The notes below the pieces were generated by a model. It had not been told where the DNA came from, did not search any database, and worked only from the letters and a program-made list of their open reading frames with translations. Made by a program: the position numbers and the translations under genes. Positions 21,801-32,954 of a stretch of 64,000 nucleotides of DNA are shown here, one piece after another; the first letter of the stretch is position 1, and each line of letters opens with the position of its first letter. Source of the DNA: Azolla caroliniana (Eukaryota; Plantae; Polypodiophyta). The stretch lies in the NCBI GenBank assembly GCA_043228905.1, contig JBHGNT010000014.1:7254001-7318000 (forward strand). Direction: 5' to 3'.

Positions 21801-24665
21801 GACGTATTCGCCTGGTCATACGAAGACATGCGAGGGCTGGACCCTCAATTATATCAGCATCAGATCCACTTAGGCAAGGACGCGAAACCAGTGGCGCAAA
21901 GACGTTACCGAATGAACCCCAACTACGCCGCCAAAGTGAAGGAGGAAATCGACAAACTCCTAAGAGTGGGCTTCATCCGGCCGGTAAAGAAAGCGACGTG
22001 GCTGAGCCCCATCGTCGTCGTCCCCAAGAAGAACGGTAAAATCCGCGTGTGTGTAGATTACAGGAAACTAAATGCAGCCACAATTACGGATGCATTTCCT
22101 CTTCCGTTCACGGATGGAGTACTGGATGCCGTCGCCGGCCATGAAGTTTATAGCTTTCTAGACGGGTTCAGCGGATACAATCAAATCCGGATGCACCCTG
22201 ACGACCAGGAGAAGACAGCGTTCGTCACCGAATGGGGGGTGTTTGTGGCCGAAGTAATGATGTTCGGCCTAAAAACGGCACCAGCAACTTTCCAGCGAAT
22301 CATCATGGAGATCTTCGGCGAATACATTCCTGCCTTCATGCAGGTTTTCCTGGATGATTTTGCAGTCTATAGCCGGGGAAAAGACCATTTGCAACACCTA
22401 CGGTTATGCCTTGAAAAGTGTAGGTTATACCGGCTAAGCTTAAACCCAGCAAAATGCATCTTTGGGGTTTCAAGTGGAATCTTACTGGGACACATTGTAA
22501 GTAAGGAGGGCATTGCGGTCGACCCGGACAAAGTAAACGCGATACTAGGGGCACCGGCGCCGAAAACGGCCAAAGCACTGAGCCGATTCTTAGGACAGAT
22601 CCGGTGGCACAGCCGGATGCTCCGTCACTTGGCTGACTTGGCTACACCATTACACACCGCGGTACATCGGACACTGTTCCAATGGACGGATACGGAGGAT
22701 AAGGCATACAATGCCCTGAAGGTACTTTTGTCGCAAGCACCCGTCGTGCAGCCTCCGGATTGGAGCAAGGAATTTCATGTGTTCGTGGACGCTTCCGACA
22801 TCGCTATCGGCAGCGCCTTAATGCAACTTACGGAGCCCAAATGGTACCGGCCGGTATATTACGCCAGCCGGAAGCTGTCCCAAGCGGAGAAGAACTATTC
22901 GACGACGGAACGGGAGGCCCTAGGCATGATCTATAGTGTCACAAAGTTTCGTCATTACCTATTGGGAAGGAAGTTCTCCTTTCATGTGGATCACTCGGTG
23001 CTCCTGTACTTAGTGTCCAAGGCGTCCCTGACCGGTAAGTTGGCCTGTTGGACCTTGCTGTTGCAGGAGTTCGAATTCGAGATTTTCCACCGGCCCGGTA
23101 TCCAGCATGTCGTAGCAGACTACCTGAGCCGGTTAGAGTCCGGAGAATCAGGCGACGGAGTAGCGGATGAATTCCCGGACGCAGAATTATTCCGTATCAC
23201 CCCGGAAACGGCAGCGGACGACACGGTGGCATCAGAAGATAGGTGGCTGACAAACATGCACCAGTTCCTAAGCACGGGCCTGCCACCGGAGGAAATGAAC
23301 CGAGACGAGAGGAAACGACTGGCGGTGCAGAGCCGCAATTTCTGTCTGTTACGGGACACTCTCTACCACAAAGGAGCAGATGGAATATGGAGACGGGCAG
23401 TCCGTAGTGACGAGAAACAAGTAATCTTACGGGAAGCACACTGTGGGGTTGCCGGAGGACACTATGCCGGGGAAGCGACGGCAAGGAAAGTATGGCAGAG
23501 CGGGTTATGGTGGCCCACGACGTTAAAAGACGCCGTCAAGTATGCTAAGGAATGTGACCTATGCCAACGAATGGGCCAGCCTACGGAGCAAGCACGGATG
23601 CCACACCAACCGGTACTTCCATTAGAGCCATTCCAGAAGTGGGGGTTGGATTTTGTCGGACCGTTCAAGCCACCGGCAATGAGAACGGGTAATCGTTATG
23701 TCATCGTGGCAACGGATTATTGCACTAAATGGGTGGAGGCTAAGGCCTTGAGAGACAATACCGCGTCATCCACAGCAAAATTCCTGTACGAGAACATTTG
23801 GTGCCGATATGGATGTCCGATTGAATTAATCAGCGACCAAGGAGGGCACTTCCTCGGCCAGGTAGTGGAAAGCTTAACAACGTTCTATGCCGTGGTCCAT
23901 AAACGAAGCACACCGTACTACCCACAGGCGAACGGGTTAGCGGAGTCCACCAACAAAACGCTGCAGAACATTCTCCGCAAAATCGTCAACGAAAACCGGA
24001 CGGACTGGGATACAAAGCTCCATAGCGCGCTATGGGCGTACCGAACGGCATACAAAACAAGTATCCGGACAACGTCGTTCCGGTTAGCGTTCGGCTTAGA
24101 GGCGGTCATGCCGGTGGAATTTCAGGTACCAAGCTTACGGATCCAACTACGGGAACGGCTGAATGAAAAGAAGTCGGAGGAAATGCGGCTAGCAGCACTA
24201 TGCGAACTGGAGGAGCAACGGCTGGCCAGCATCCTACACATGGAACTGGAGCAACGACGACGGAAAGCGTTCGTTGACCGTCACCGGAAAGGTAATGAAA
24301 AGATGTTCGAAATCGGAAAGCCGGTGCTAGTATTCCAAACAAGGATGGGCAAGATGCCGGGTAAACTCCGGTTTAGATGGACAGGCCCGTATTGGCTGAC
24401 ACGGGAATACAACGGGTCCTATCAGATAGGGACACTTGCCGGTGAAGTACTAGGCAAGTGGGTGAACGGATTTAGACTAAAGCCCTATAAAGGACCGATG
24501 CCAAAGAACCCGTTTATGCAGCTCACCGGCACTATACCGGGAACCGGTCCGGGAGCGGTACGGATGGAAGAAAAAGACGACGGGGAACCCGTAGCAGAGG
24601 CGAAGGAAGACACGGCAACCCATAAGGAAAACGGTAAGGGTCCGAAGGGACCTACGGATGTGTAA
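18807..24665 (+). CDS. gag-pol: Uninterrupted Gag-Pol polyprotein of E (1952 aa)
   Basis: Retrotransposon gag domain, three CCHC knuckles, VIDGGSGVNVI protease, RVCVDYRKLN..FLDDF RT, VDASDIAIG RNase H, H..H..C..C and ISDQGGHF..PQANGLAE integrase, RWTGPY tail. Confidence 0.97.
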   Translation: MTRPTHDLVTDRARRLAERQRRRETFQQAAHEIRSDRSFSNEIQRVAEESLRLQQTRDQDDGSSLSSLRETEHLLAALASGENEAGAFSAYESDSEGGYSVHTNYRSSNDTPGGPEDDGSDIVPTPEPEPQTEAVNPSTPEVEEAKPPTPTKEPAKVPEDEPVKEPEKEPEEEPEKAPAKQPEVEPERKPERYQQTPLNRGLILDDDMSFQYSKYRDDPDAEAHVHAFEQTWEANHTSQRMTPEEEERSKIAEFGVTLEGPATRWRRTQDPATITTFAELKAKFLHFFHKEVDQTTMVGLFYTIRQEAGESIPQFVIRFQRMHSQLARAPPEEELRTIFLNALREPLRTMCTVINFRGSTIDQVIDRVREMEKSSSWLTLGTLQRALPTEEDLRFRQAIQCTICLNAGHSAVECTMRTQCVICQSKSHTTDRCEYNLLNRQAPPVRRIEPRSSRDEDDDRWQRMNRYRPAQDARYGDRQENDGRYGNRHDNYDQYERSDRYRESNRRHEQYDRDHSPGYRKHQEDYGRFYDPPRPDYRNKNKNNKKRNFKKGGHPRDPEHGTPRSQPAQNAPLTTGPTPATSNAESSNTRKEYCYYCRQEGHYSNQCPVKSYEKRPAVNMVVPEVTDVQQVTTRSKGMAKEWETQEAIRKQATEWVKEANGRNVVDVERQKANTIGSTGGSHAENETWQALQECQITLPLGRLLQLVLRFTEGLKTGMTDGIAPPAPVLFSNPEEGPTVVDTSSPVITAIVKGHELPGTVIDGGSGVNVISLRTCNALGIHEWEPCPFWLRMADTSSVRPTGLIRKLEVTIGGHTFHISAVVLQLQAQGAYPLLLGRPWLKTAHIKQNWRKNMITFRRGKAKVRVPTQPRTSNGKECTPLYAECVNMLEGLADDEEAQYLEEHPKIVPLFEIDVAEAVAPYLPQRDETEAEPDKDTIWELRQAQEALEREMTVSQRVKASQLHEVNLGSKDESKPVHIAKEMKPEDKAAMIKLLTEFRDVFAWSYEDMRGLDPQLYQHQIHLGKDAKPVAQRRYRMNPNYAAKVKEEIDKLLRVGFIRPVKKATWLSPIVVVPKKNGKIRVCVDYRKLNAATITDAFPLPFTDGVLDAVAGHEVYSFLDGFSGYNQIRMHPDDQEKTAFVTEWGVFVAEVMMFGLKTAPATFQRIIMEIFGEYIPAFMQVFLDDFAVYSRGKDHLQHLRLCLEKCRLYRLSLNPAKCIFGVSSGILLGHIVSKEGIAVDPDKVNAILGAPAPKTAKALSRFLGQIRWHSRMLRHLADLATPLHTAVHRTLFQWTDTEDKAYNALKVLLSQAPVVQPPDWSKEFHVFVDASDIAIGSALMQLTEPKWYRPVYYASRKLSQAEKNYSTTEREALGMIYSVTKFRHYLLGRKFSFHVDHSVLLYLVSKASLTGKLACWTLLLQEFEFEIFHRPGIQHVVADYLSRLESGESGDGVADEFPDAELFRITPETAADDTVASEDRWLTNMHQFLSTGLPPEEMNRDERKRLAVQSRNFCLLRDTLYHKGADGIWRRAVRSDEKQVILREAHCGVAGGHYAGEATARKVWQSGLWWPTTLKDAVKYAKECDLCQRMGQPTEQARMPHQPVLPLEPFQKWGLDFVGPFKPPAMRTGNRYVIVATDYCTKWVEAKALRDNTASSTAKFLYENIWCRYGCPIELISDQGGHFLGQVVESLTTFYAVVHKRSTPYYPQANGLAESTNKTLQNILRKIVNENRTDWDTKLHSALWAYRTAYKTSIRTTSFRLAFGLEAVMPVEFQVPSLRIQLRERLNEKKSEEMRLAALCELEEQRLASILHMELEQRRRKAFVDRHRKGNEKMFEIGKPVLVFQTRMGKMPGKLRFRWTGPYWLTREYNGSYQIGTLAGEVLGKWVNGFRLKPYKGPMPKNPFMQLTGTIPGTGPGAVRMEEKDDGEPVAEAKEDTATHKENGKGPKGPTDV

Positions 24666-24818
24666 GGTCACACACCGTCATTAAAATAAAAATAAAAAAT
24701 AAAAAGATCATTAAAAATCGAGGTATGAACGGACGGGAAAGCAAGGAGCGAAAAGGTACGTAGTGGGCATTTAAGAGCCGCCACATTACTTAATACTAAT
24801 TTGGTACACGATGTGCGC

Positions 24819-27677
24819 ATGCTCGAAAAAGGCGCCAAGATGCACAGAGAAAAAGAAGAACGCATGGAGACCTTCTTTTTTCGCGAGCCAAGAAGCACAG
24901 AAGCACCAAGGCAGTGGAAGCTTAGCAAACGCGAACCTGCACTCAGAGAAACCCCACGTTCGGAACGCTCTCTGTCTCGCTCCCTCTCTCGCTCTCACTC
25001 TCATCACCACTCTACCTCGCCATCTTTCCTCGACCTCGAAGCAGACATGGAACCACAAACGCTGTCGGAAGCGGCCAGGAAATGGTTCAGGCAACACGGA
25101 CTGGACGGGTTCTTGACCATCATGGAGGCACCACCGCACAAAGAAGCCGACCAGGTCATCAAGGAGCTCGACAAAGAAGTCATCACCGAGGAAGCGATCC
25201 GTGCACTAACAGGCCTTCCGGAGGGAGGTATTTTTCAGATTGATAATCCAACCTCGGAGCAACTCACCCGATATTTCGGTGAGTACTCTGTAGCCGGCAA
25301 AGGCTATCGAACGCAGGGCGGCGAAGATCCGTTGTTCAGGGAGATAGCTCGAGTGCTCCATGAGTACGGCCACGTGTACCCCCGACCCCCTGTCATGCCA
25401 AAAAATCGGGCAGGGATGATCATAGCCACCTATGAAGGGATCCAGGTGGACTGGCCAGTGTTGATTGCAGACGGTTTGTGCGCGGCAATCGACATGGTAC
25501 GAGGAAAGGACGGCAAGGAGGGCCGGAAGCTGTGGCATGCTGTAGCTCAGTGGATAACATTGCTCGTGCCGCCGGTCGAGACCGTTCAGCCAAAGAAGCG
25601 GCCAAGATTATCGGAAGGAAGCACCTCGAAACCCGCGTCCAAACGACAGCAGCTGCTGGCGTCGAAGGCGACGAAAGGGAAGAAACGGCTCCCAGTACCG
25701 GAGGAGGTGTCACCGGTGGGACCCGTTAAGATAACCATACGGCGACCGGGACAGAAGGAACCAGAACCCTTGACGGCACGGAAACATGCCGTTACCCAGG
25801 AAGAGGAAACGGAGGAGCCAGAAGAGCACCTCCAACGACGGTCAAGAAGTAGGACCGCCGGGACAGAGGGGGAGCGTTCGGACCTGCAGAAGGAAGAAAC
25901 GCCCCCAACCCAACCTGAGCAAACCGCAAGGGAGGAACCGGAACCGGTGCGTGTGGAACCGGCCTTGTCGACTTCTATACCATAAGTCATTCCAACGGCT
26001 CTGGAGACGGCGAGAACCGGAACTCAACAGCCGGCGAGCCCAGCCAGCACACACGGCGGCCAAGGAGTAGAACCAGAACGGTAGATACAGGCACTCAGGC
26101 CAGACAATTCCACAGTGAACGAGCCGACCCGACCAGTACAGCAGCAAGGCACCAGTAGCATGTGGCTACGGTGGGTAGGTGAGCAGATCGTCGGTGCGGT
26201 CGAGTACATAGAGGCGGAGGAGAGAGCGCACAACGAACGGTTGCTCGTCACAACCGTAGATCTAGAGACGGCCCGGTCCAGAATCCGGAGCCTTGAACAA
26301 GACTTGGACAGGGTCACAAGGGAAATGGCTCAATTAGCTTTGACAACACAAGTCCAAGCACCGGTGACTCCGGGCAATGTACAGAATATAGCGACAGATC
26401 AACCTGTACATAGCAATCAGACCCCGGCAACGGAAACCGTTCCGGAGAGAAATGCGGCACAAGCCCAAGAGCTTGCAGACTTAAAGGATGAGCTAGCTGC
26501 CCAAGAAGCGCTGAGGAGCCGCGAAAGAGAATTGAAGACGGCAGCAGAGGCAGAACTCAAAAAGACTGCTGAGAATCTACGCCGGGCCGAGGAGAGCTTA
26601 CGAAAAGGCCACCAAGCGTACGACCGGCTCAAGGAGGAAAAGGAGAAAATGCTGCAAGAGAAGGACAGGCTCCGGAGAAACGCCGAAACAGAAATAGAGC
26701 GCCTGAAAGAAGAACTCCGGCAGCTAAAGGACCGGGAGGACCGGAACCATCGCCAGATCAACGGCAAGCTCAAACAAAAAACGGAGGAATTTGAGCAATT
26801 GCACCGGGAGTATAAACGGTTGCAAACGGAGCACAAGGAACGGACAAATGAGCTCCGGCAAGCAGTTGATCGGACCGCAACGGCATACGCCAATGAACAA
26901 GCGGAAAACAGAAGACGGTTGGAAGAGGCGGAGAAGGTTCGGACAGAGCTCCTCAGGCAACAGCAGGCGGAAAAAGAAAGAGCGGCGGAGGTACTGCAGA
27001 GGCTGCAGACAACATATCAAGGGCAGCTGACGCGCTACAGAGAGCAGGCGGAGGATACGGCGAATATCATCAAGCAGTTGAAGGAGGAACGACAAGTTGT
27101 GGAAAGTAGAGCGCAAATGGGAGCAAGTCGTATCCAGGATATAATGCGGGCCTGGTTGAACCAGACCAAGAGCTTGATTGACAACGGGTCCGTCAAATGG
27201 TGGACCAAGTGGGCCACGAACGCGGCGGAACTCCAAATGCTCCGGGCCGACGTAGAGAACCGGCGGAAGGAGGGAGATGATTGCTATATGCTGACTTCCG
27301 AAGACTTCACCGGCATAAGAGATGAGCTGGCCGAAGACTTTCAAGCCTTGGCAGAGGACCAACTAGGGCAAGTCCGGCAACTTGTAGCTCAGCTGGACGA
27401 CGACAGGCTGGAAGCGCAGATCCAGTTTGAAAGCTACGAGAGGTCCCGGATCCGGGAAGAGAAAGCACGAGAACCGGTTACGGTCAACCTCAGTGATGAG
27501 GAACCGTTACTGGAAGGAGACCGGACCGGAAGCAGTCAAACGGAGATGCCGGAGTCAGAGAAACAAACGGAGCAGCCGCCTATAGAGCAACAGCAAGCAC
27601 AGCCGCAACAACCACAACCGGAAGAACAAGTGGAAACTCTGGAACAAAGTATTTTGGACAATTTGGGTGAACAATGA
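24819..27677 (+). pseudogene. Extra sense ORF2 of E (about 950 aa): globular N-domain, disordered linker and long coiled coil, with two in-frame stops
   Basis: ORFs 24801-25985 and 26115-27677 are in the same frame, separated only by TAA (25983) and TAG (26082), each one C>T change from a Gln codon. Confidence 0.85.
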
Positions 27678-27689
27678 AGGGGCCGAGAA

Positions 27690-27729
27690 GGGTTCGACGT
27701 ACAAGGTACTGTCCCACGGGCGTGCCATG
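27690..27729 (+). other. tRNA-3'-half-like motif occupying the PPT position of E
   Basis: GGGTTCGA-CGTACAAGGTACT-GTCCCACGGGCGTGCCA-TG followed directly by the LTR. No purine tract adjoins the LTR. Confidence 0.8.
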
Positions 27730-28144
27730 TGTTACCGGCCGGCAAGGAGTCCAAAATACGGAGTGAAGGAATTAATTAAGTATGGTTGTAAATAAGCATA
27801 GTGTGGACGGACGGACTGGAAACGGTATGCCGTTCCAGATCCGGACGGATCCTGAATAGGTGCGAGAGGCACCGTTTTGTACTACGGGCCGGAAACCTAT
27901 TTAAAGGCCCGGACCCCATTGTAATCGGGGATAATTAATAGAGCATATGGTGTTTATACTTCTGTGTTGATTTCCGTTCTGTAATTACTGTTATATCTTA
28001 CGCGTGTAATTAACCAAGCATTCTAATCGTGTAACTTACGTAAGTCGGTGTAATCGTTGAATCTTAATCCTATGCCGTAATCACCCTTTGGTGAAGTGTC
28101 TCCGTGACACCTTGTGTTAGGCCTTGTCCGGCTAGCGAATAACA
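27730..28144 (+). repeat. 3' LTR of Gypsy E
   Basis: Copy of 18341-18755. Confidence 0.97.
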
Positions 28145-28149
28145 TGTCA

Positions 28150-31100
28150 CACCTAGTGGCGCATGTAAACTAGTACTACTCGACAAGAAGCACAAGCGTC
28201 GGATACAAGAATTCGAGAAGATGCTGAAAGAAGAAAACATAATAGAAGAAGAAGAGTTCGTGACTCATATTATGGAAGAAGCCTCATTTAACGACACCAT
28301 TGGCGAAATCGAGGACGTTGTGGACTTGAGCTATCTTCACAATCAACGCGTGATTTCGGTTAACTCCGTCAACATGTACGCTATCATCGATGAATACTGT
28401 CGTGGCATCTCGATGAAGGAAGCTGACATCAACACGAAATATAAAACGGTGGATAAGAAGATCAATCCAGTTGCGGTTCCGCTACTAGAAGATAGCTGGC
28501 AAAAGATGAAGGAAGTCGCTAACAATCCAAGCTTAAGAGATCCGAAGAAGATAGGTCATGTCTTCACCAAAGAGACGAAGGGGAAGCTACGAGTTGGAAA
28601 GGAGGATTTCCTTCTCCCTGAAGAGGAGCGAATGTTTCGCGATATGCTTGAGAGACATGGGAAGGCTTTCGCATTCTTCCCATGAGAAATCGGATGCGCC
28701 GACCCAAAGGTTATAGAGCCGATGGTGATCTTCATGGTGCCTCATGTGCCTTGGAATTTGAAACCGATACCAGTTCCGAGAGCACACCTTCCGAAGCTGA
28801 TCGAGCTCTTAAAGGAGAAGGTGAGTATGGGAATTCTAGAACCGTCGAATGCTCCTTATTCCAATAGGTGGTTCACGGTGCCGAAGAAGAATGGATCATT
28901 GCAATTCATCCAAGATCTTCAACCCGTCAAGAAGGTGACAATTCGAAATGCCGGAATCTGTCCGAGCGTGGACGAATTTGCCGAAGCGTTTGTGGGCCGG
29001 TCCATCTACTCCATTGGCGATCTCTACTCCGGATATGACCAATTCCAATTGGCGATCGACAGTCGGGACATTACAACCATGAGGACTCCGATCGGGCTTG
29101 TGCGGATGTGTACCTTACCCCAAGGCGCAACGAACTCGGTGGCTCATATGGTGAATGCCATGAATAAAGTCTTGAAGGATTGCATCCCAGACATCACGAT
29201 GCCCTTCTTGGATGATATTCCGATAAAAGGATGTTCGGATGAGGAGAAAGATGAATCGAAAGATAAGGAGGGTTGTAGAAAGTTCGTTGCGGATCATATG
29301 AAAGATTGCGAGAAGGTGCTTCAAAGGCTCGAAGATGCGAATTTGACATTTTCGGGAGAAAAATCCGCATTCGGGCAACCAGAGATCTTGGTGGTAGGTC
29401 ACTTGTGTGGAGCATTCAGCCGGAAGCCCTCGCCATCCAAAGTGAACGCAATCCAAGACATGAAAGAAGAATGCGAAAACCAAACGGAGGTTCGAAGGTT
29501 CCTTGGAGCGTGCGCGTTTTATCATATATGGATTCCTCACTACGCTCATGTCGTCGAACCGTTATATGGACTACTAAAGAAAAGAATGAAGTTCGAATGG
29601 CGAGACGAGCACACAAATGCGATGCGAAGATTAAAGAAACTGCTTCTTGAAGCTTCGGCACTAAGGAAGGCTGACTATGCCGCAGGGAAACCAATTTACG
29701 TGACCGTAGATACGAGCCCAACCGGAATCGAGTGGGTCATCAATCAAGAAGGTGAAGATAATGCGCGATATGGCGTCCGGTTCGGAGCAAAGGTTCTCAG
29801 CGAACGGCAACAAAGATATGCCCAAGTCAAGCGGGAAGTTTGGGGTATTGTGTCGGCAGTGAAGACGGACAAAGATTACCTGATCGGGTCAGAAGTGATA
29901 ATAGAGACAGATTGTCTCCCAATTCTCGGAATGGTCTCGGGATGTGCGACCCCAGATCTTGCTATGCTAAGGTGGATCGCCTACATCAAGTCTTTAAACC
30001 CAGAGATCCGTCACATTGCAGGGAAGAAGAATGCCATGGCTGACATGCTGTCGAGGGCAAGATTTTCAAATGGAAGTAACATGGTTTCGGAAGATGAAGA
30101 TGTCGCCCTCGACTTCTTCAAGATGGCTCGATTATCGGCGGAAGACCAGGACACGCAAACCCTCCATGCCTTCAACGAGAACCAGTACGAAGGAGAGTGG
30201 TTACTCATCGGTAGATTCCTAAGAACATTGACGACAGATGCTTCGTTGACAAAGGAGGAGGCCCTACGAATCCGAAAGAAAGCTTACCGATACTTCTTGA
30301 AGGGAGGATTCCTTTGGCGACATCCAAAAAGAAGGACAGGAATACCACGTCGAGTGGTGGTAAAGAAAGAAGAGCAAGAGACGCTGATGACCGAATTCCA
30401 CGAGAGTGCTTGGGCAGGTCATAGAGGAACATGGGCGACGTTCGAAAAGTTGAAGGAGAAGTACTGGTGGCCAAGCATGTACAAAGATGTACTCCATTTC
30501 GTGTCCACATGCGAAACTTGCCAAATATATTCAAATATACGTCATCGTGATGAGTTACAGCCGACATACCCACTCACCATACACTTCAAATGGATGGTGG
30601 ATCTGGTCTCGATGCCAATGGGAGTGGGACAAATGAAGTACTTAGCGCTGGCAAGGGAAGACTTGACAAATCAAGTGGAAGGACGAGCCTTGACAAATAA
30701 GACGACTTCAGCCGTTTGCAAATTTCTGCTTGAAGAGGTTGTTTGTCGATATGGATGTGTAGGGAAGATAGTGGCCGACCGAGGGGAGATGGACACGCAC
30801 TAAGCGACGGAGCTCTTCGAAAGACTAGGCGTGAAGCTCTCCCTCACGACTGCCTACAATCCGGAAGCGAATGGGAAGATCGAGCGAGGGCATGGACCTA
30901 TCGTTAAAGCCATCGTACGGGCATGCAACGGTCGAGTCGGGAATTGGCCACGACTATTACCCTATGCCTTGTGGGCCGATAGAACGACGCATAGCTCAGT
31001 GACAGGGTATATGCCGACGGAGCTTATGTATGGACAAAAGCCGATTATGCCCATCGAAAGGACGATCGCCTCATGGGTAGCGATACCGTGGGAGAACGAG

Positions 31101-31469
31101 ATGAGCCGAGAAAAGTTATTAGCGGCGCGGATAAGGCAACTTGAAAGAAGACCTGAAGATTTAGAAAAAGCACGAAAGATGATGGAGGCAGCCCGAGTAA
31201 AGAACAAAGTTCGGTTCAACAACACACATTGACTTCGTCCCAAGAATATTGAAGAAGGGGATTGGGTTTTGGTTTACGACAGCACCCTTGACAATCAACA
31301 CAATACAACAAGGAAGTTCGCAAGAAGATGGTTCGGGCCGTATGTGGTGACAAGTGCCAACGATAATGCCACATACCACCTTGCGGACCTAGACGGATCA
31401 AGGTTGGTCGTACCCATTGCGGGAAAAAGAGTAAAGATTTTCAAGAAAAGACAAAGACAAGGATCCTGA
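28150..31469 (+). pseudogene. pol: pol (RT-RNase H-integrase) of D with premature stops; begins at about 18238, before the E insertion
   Basis: ORFs 28221, 28722, 30831 and 31269 share one frame. LPQGATNS..PFLDDI RT, TVDTSPTG RNase H, H..GH..CETC and VADRGE..PEANGKIE integrase, RWFGPY motif. Confidence 0.93.
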
Positions 31470-31608
31470 CCTCGATTACCTCGACGATGAACAGAATAGG
31501 GCGGATGTAAATGAAGACATGGAGGAATCTAATTGATCACCGTAGCCGAAATCTCACTTTCTCTCTTCTTGGCACGTACCGGAGGACGTGCGGTTTGGTG
31601 GGGGTGGA

Positions 31609-32676
31609 TGTCGTGAAGATTTTCAGCAATAGTGTGAAAATCCCATAAAACGTACAAAAACGAGTATGAATCACATAATACAATAATTGTGAAGATAACA
31701 TTTTAAATAAATTTAGTATCTAAGTACAAAATGATGGAGGTTTCGAATGCACTTTATTACACGAGAAACGGACAACTAAATGTCAAGATATGAGGGTATA
31801 AAGTTTGTGAAAGGAAAAGAGAAAATTGTGAGATATCCCACATAAGCACGACAAATACGGCTCTCATCATATATAAGGTAGAGCAAAAGCTATTATCTTT
31901 GTGTCTATGCGTGGAGCATAGAGAGTTCAAGGTAACTTGAACTAAGAGTGGAGGTAGGCTAGCTACTCGTAAAGGGTTTTGGCCTACCAAAACCGGACCG
32001 GCGATGGAGCCGGTGATCCGGCGGCATCCGGCGCCGGTGAGACGACGGCATCCGGCGAGGCACCGGTAACCGACGGCATCCCACGAACCGGCGTCCGGTG
32101 ACTAGATAAATAAATATATAAATATATATACATATACATGGAGGGCAAGTAAGGATTTGAACCTTGCACCTCCGAGTTAGGAGTCAATTGGCTTACCCTT
32201 AAGCCATGCCATTTAGTTGAATTTTTATTTCTATCATTGTACTCTTACATGTAAATTCTCATACATGAGAGCTAAAATGAGTGACATGGTTATCATGCAC
32301 CACATGTAATACATAAGCGCCAAATGGAAAACATGCATTTTATTCATGTCTTGTACCCTCACATGCATCATATGCATGAGAGCATCTATAAAAGAAGGAA
32401 GGGGGAGGAGAAAAAACGGCGGTTTTTTTTGTTATGAAATTAAGAAGAAGAAATTCGTTATCAAATTGATCGTGTAACTTGTTTCTTAAATCTAAAGTTA
32501 AAAGTTCAATCGATCTCTCTCAATCGTGTAATCTCAACTTCTCTCTTTCCCAATCTATCTTAAGTACTTTCTCGCTAAAGCTTGCGCCAAAGGATGTACC
32601 GACTTTGAATCCTTCCGGTTCAGAACCCCGGCGGTTCCGCCTCACGATCCGCGCGTAGTGACGGATCTTCACGACA
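31609..32676 (+). repeat. 3' LTR of Gypsy D
   Basis: Preceded by PPT-like GGTGGGGGTGGA (31597-31608). Confidence 0.97.
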
Positions 32677-32954
32677 ACGGTCCACACCGTCGTCATCTTT
32701 GCCACTGGGGCAAAGGTCTCTTCGTAGTCGACGTCATGTGTTTGTGTGTATCCTTTCGCTACGAGTCGAGCTTTGTAGCGGTTGACGGAGCCGTCGACAT
32801 TATACTTCACCTTGTAGATCCATCTACATCTGATCACCTTCCTGTGCGGTGAGTGGGGAGCGTTATCCCATGTGTCGTTCTTGCGTAGTGCACGCATCTC
32901 CTCGTTCATTGCTTCTATCCATCGTGGGTCCTTCGCGGCTTCAAAAAAGGTTTC
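32677..32954 (-). pseudogene. pol: Copia B pol: RT N-terminal segment
   Basis: [40 protein letters not shown]. Confidence 0.93.

Larger units (their letters stand above)
18341..28144 (+). mobile_element. Ty3/Gypsy non-chromovirus LTR retrotransposon E with extra ORF, 5-bp TSD TGTCA, near intact
   Basis: 415-bp LTRs 18341-18755 and 27730-28144 (about 3 differences). TGTCA at 18336-18340 and 28145-28149. Confidence 0.97.
14937..32676 (+). mobile_element. Ty3/Gypsy non-chromovirus LTR retrotransposon D (possibly Phygy-like), 4-bp TSD ACGG, interrupted by E
   Basis: LTRs 14937-15975 and 31609-32676 with 12-bp terminal inverted repeat TGTCGTGAAGAT/ATCTTCACGACA. ACGG at 14933-14936 and 32677-32680. 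Domain order PR-RT-RH-IN. Lineage name is tentative. Confidence 0.95.

Noticed and set aside
24801-27677. E's ORF2 as an env gene or captured host myosin/SMC gene
   Set aside because: No clear signal peptide or transmembrane segment. Coiled-coil resemblance is compositional, and the homologue in G shows it belongs to the element.
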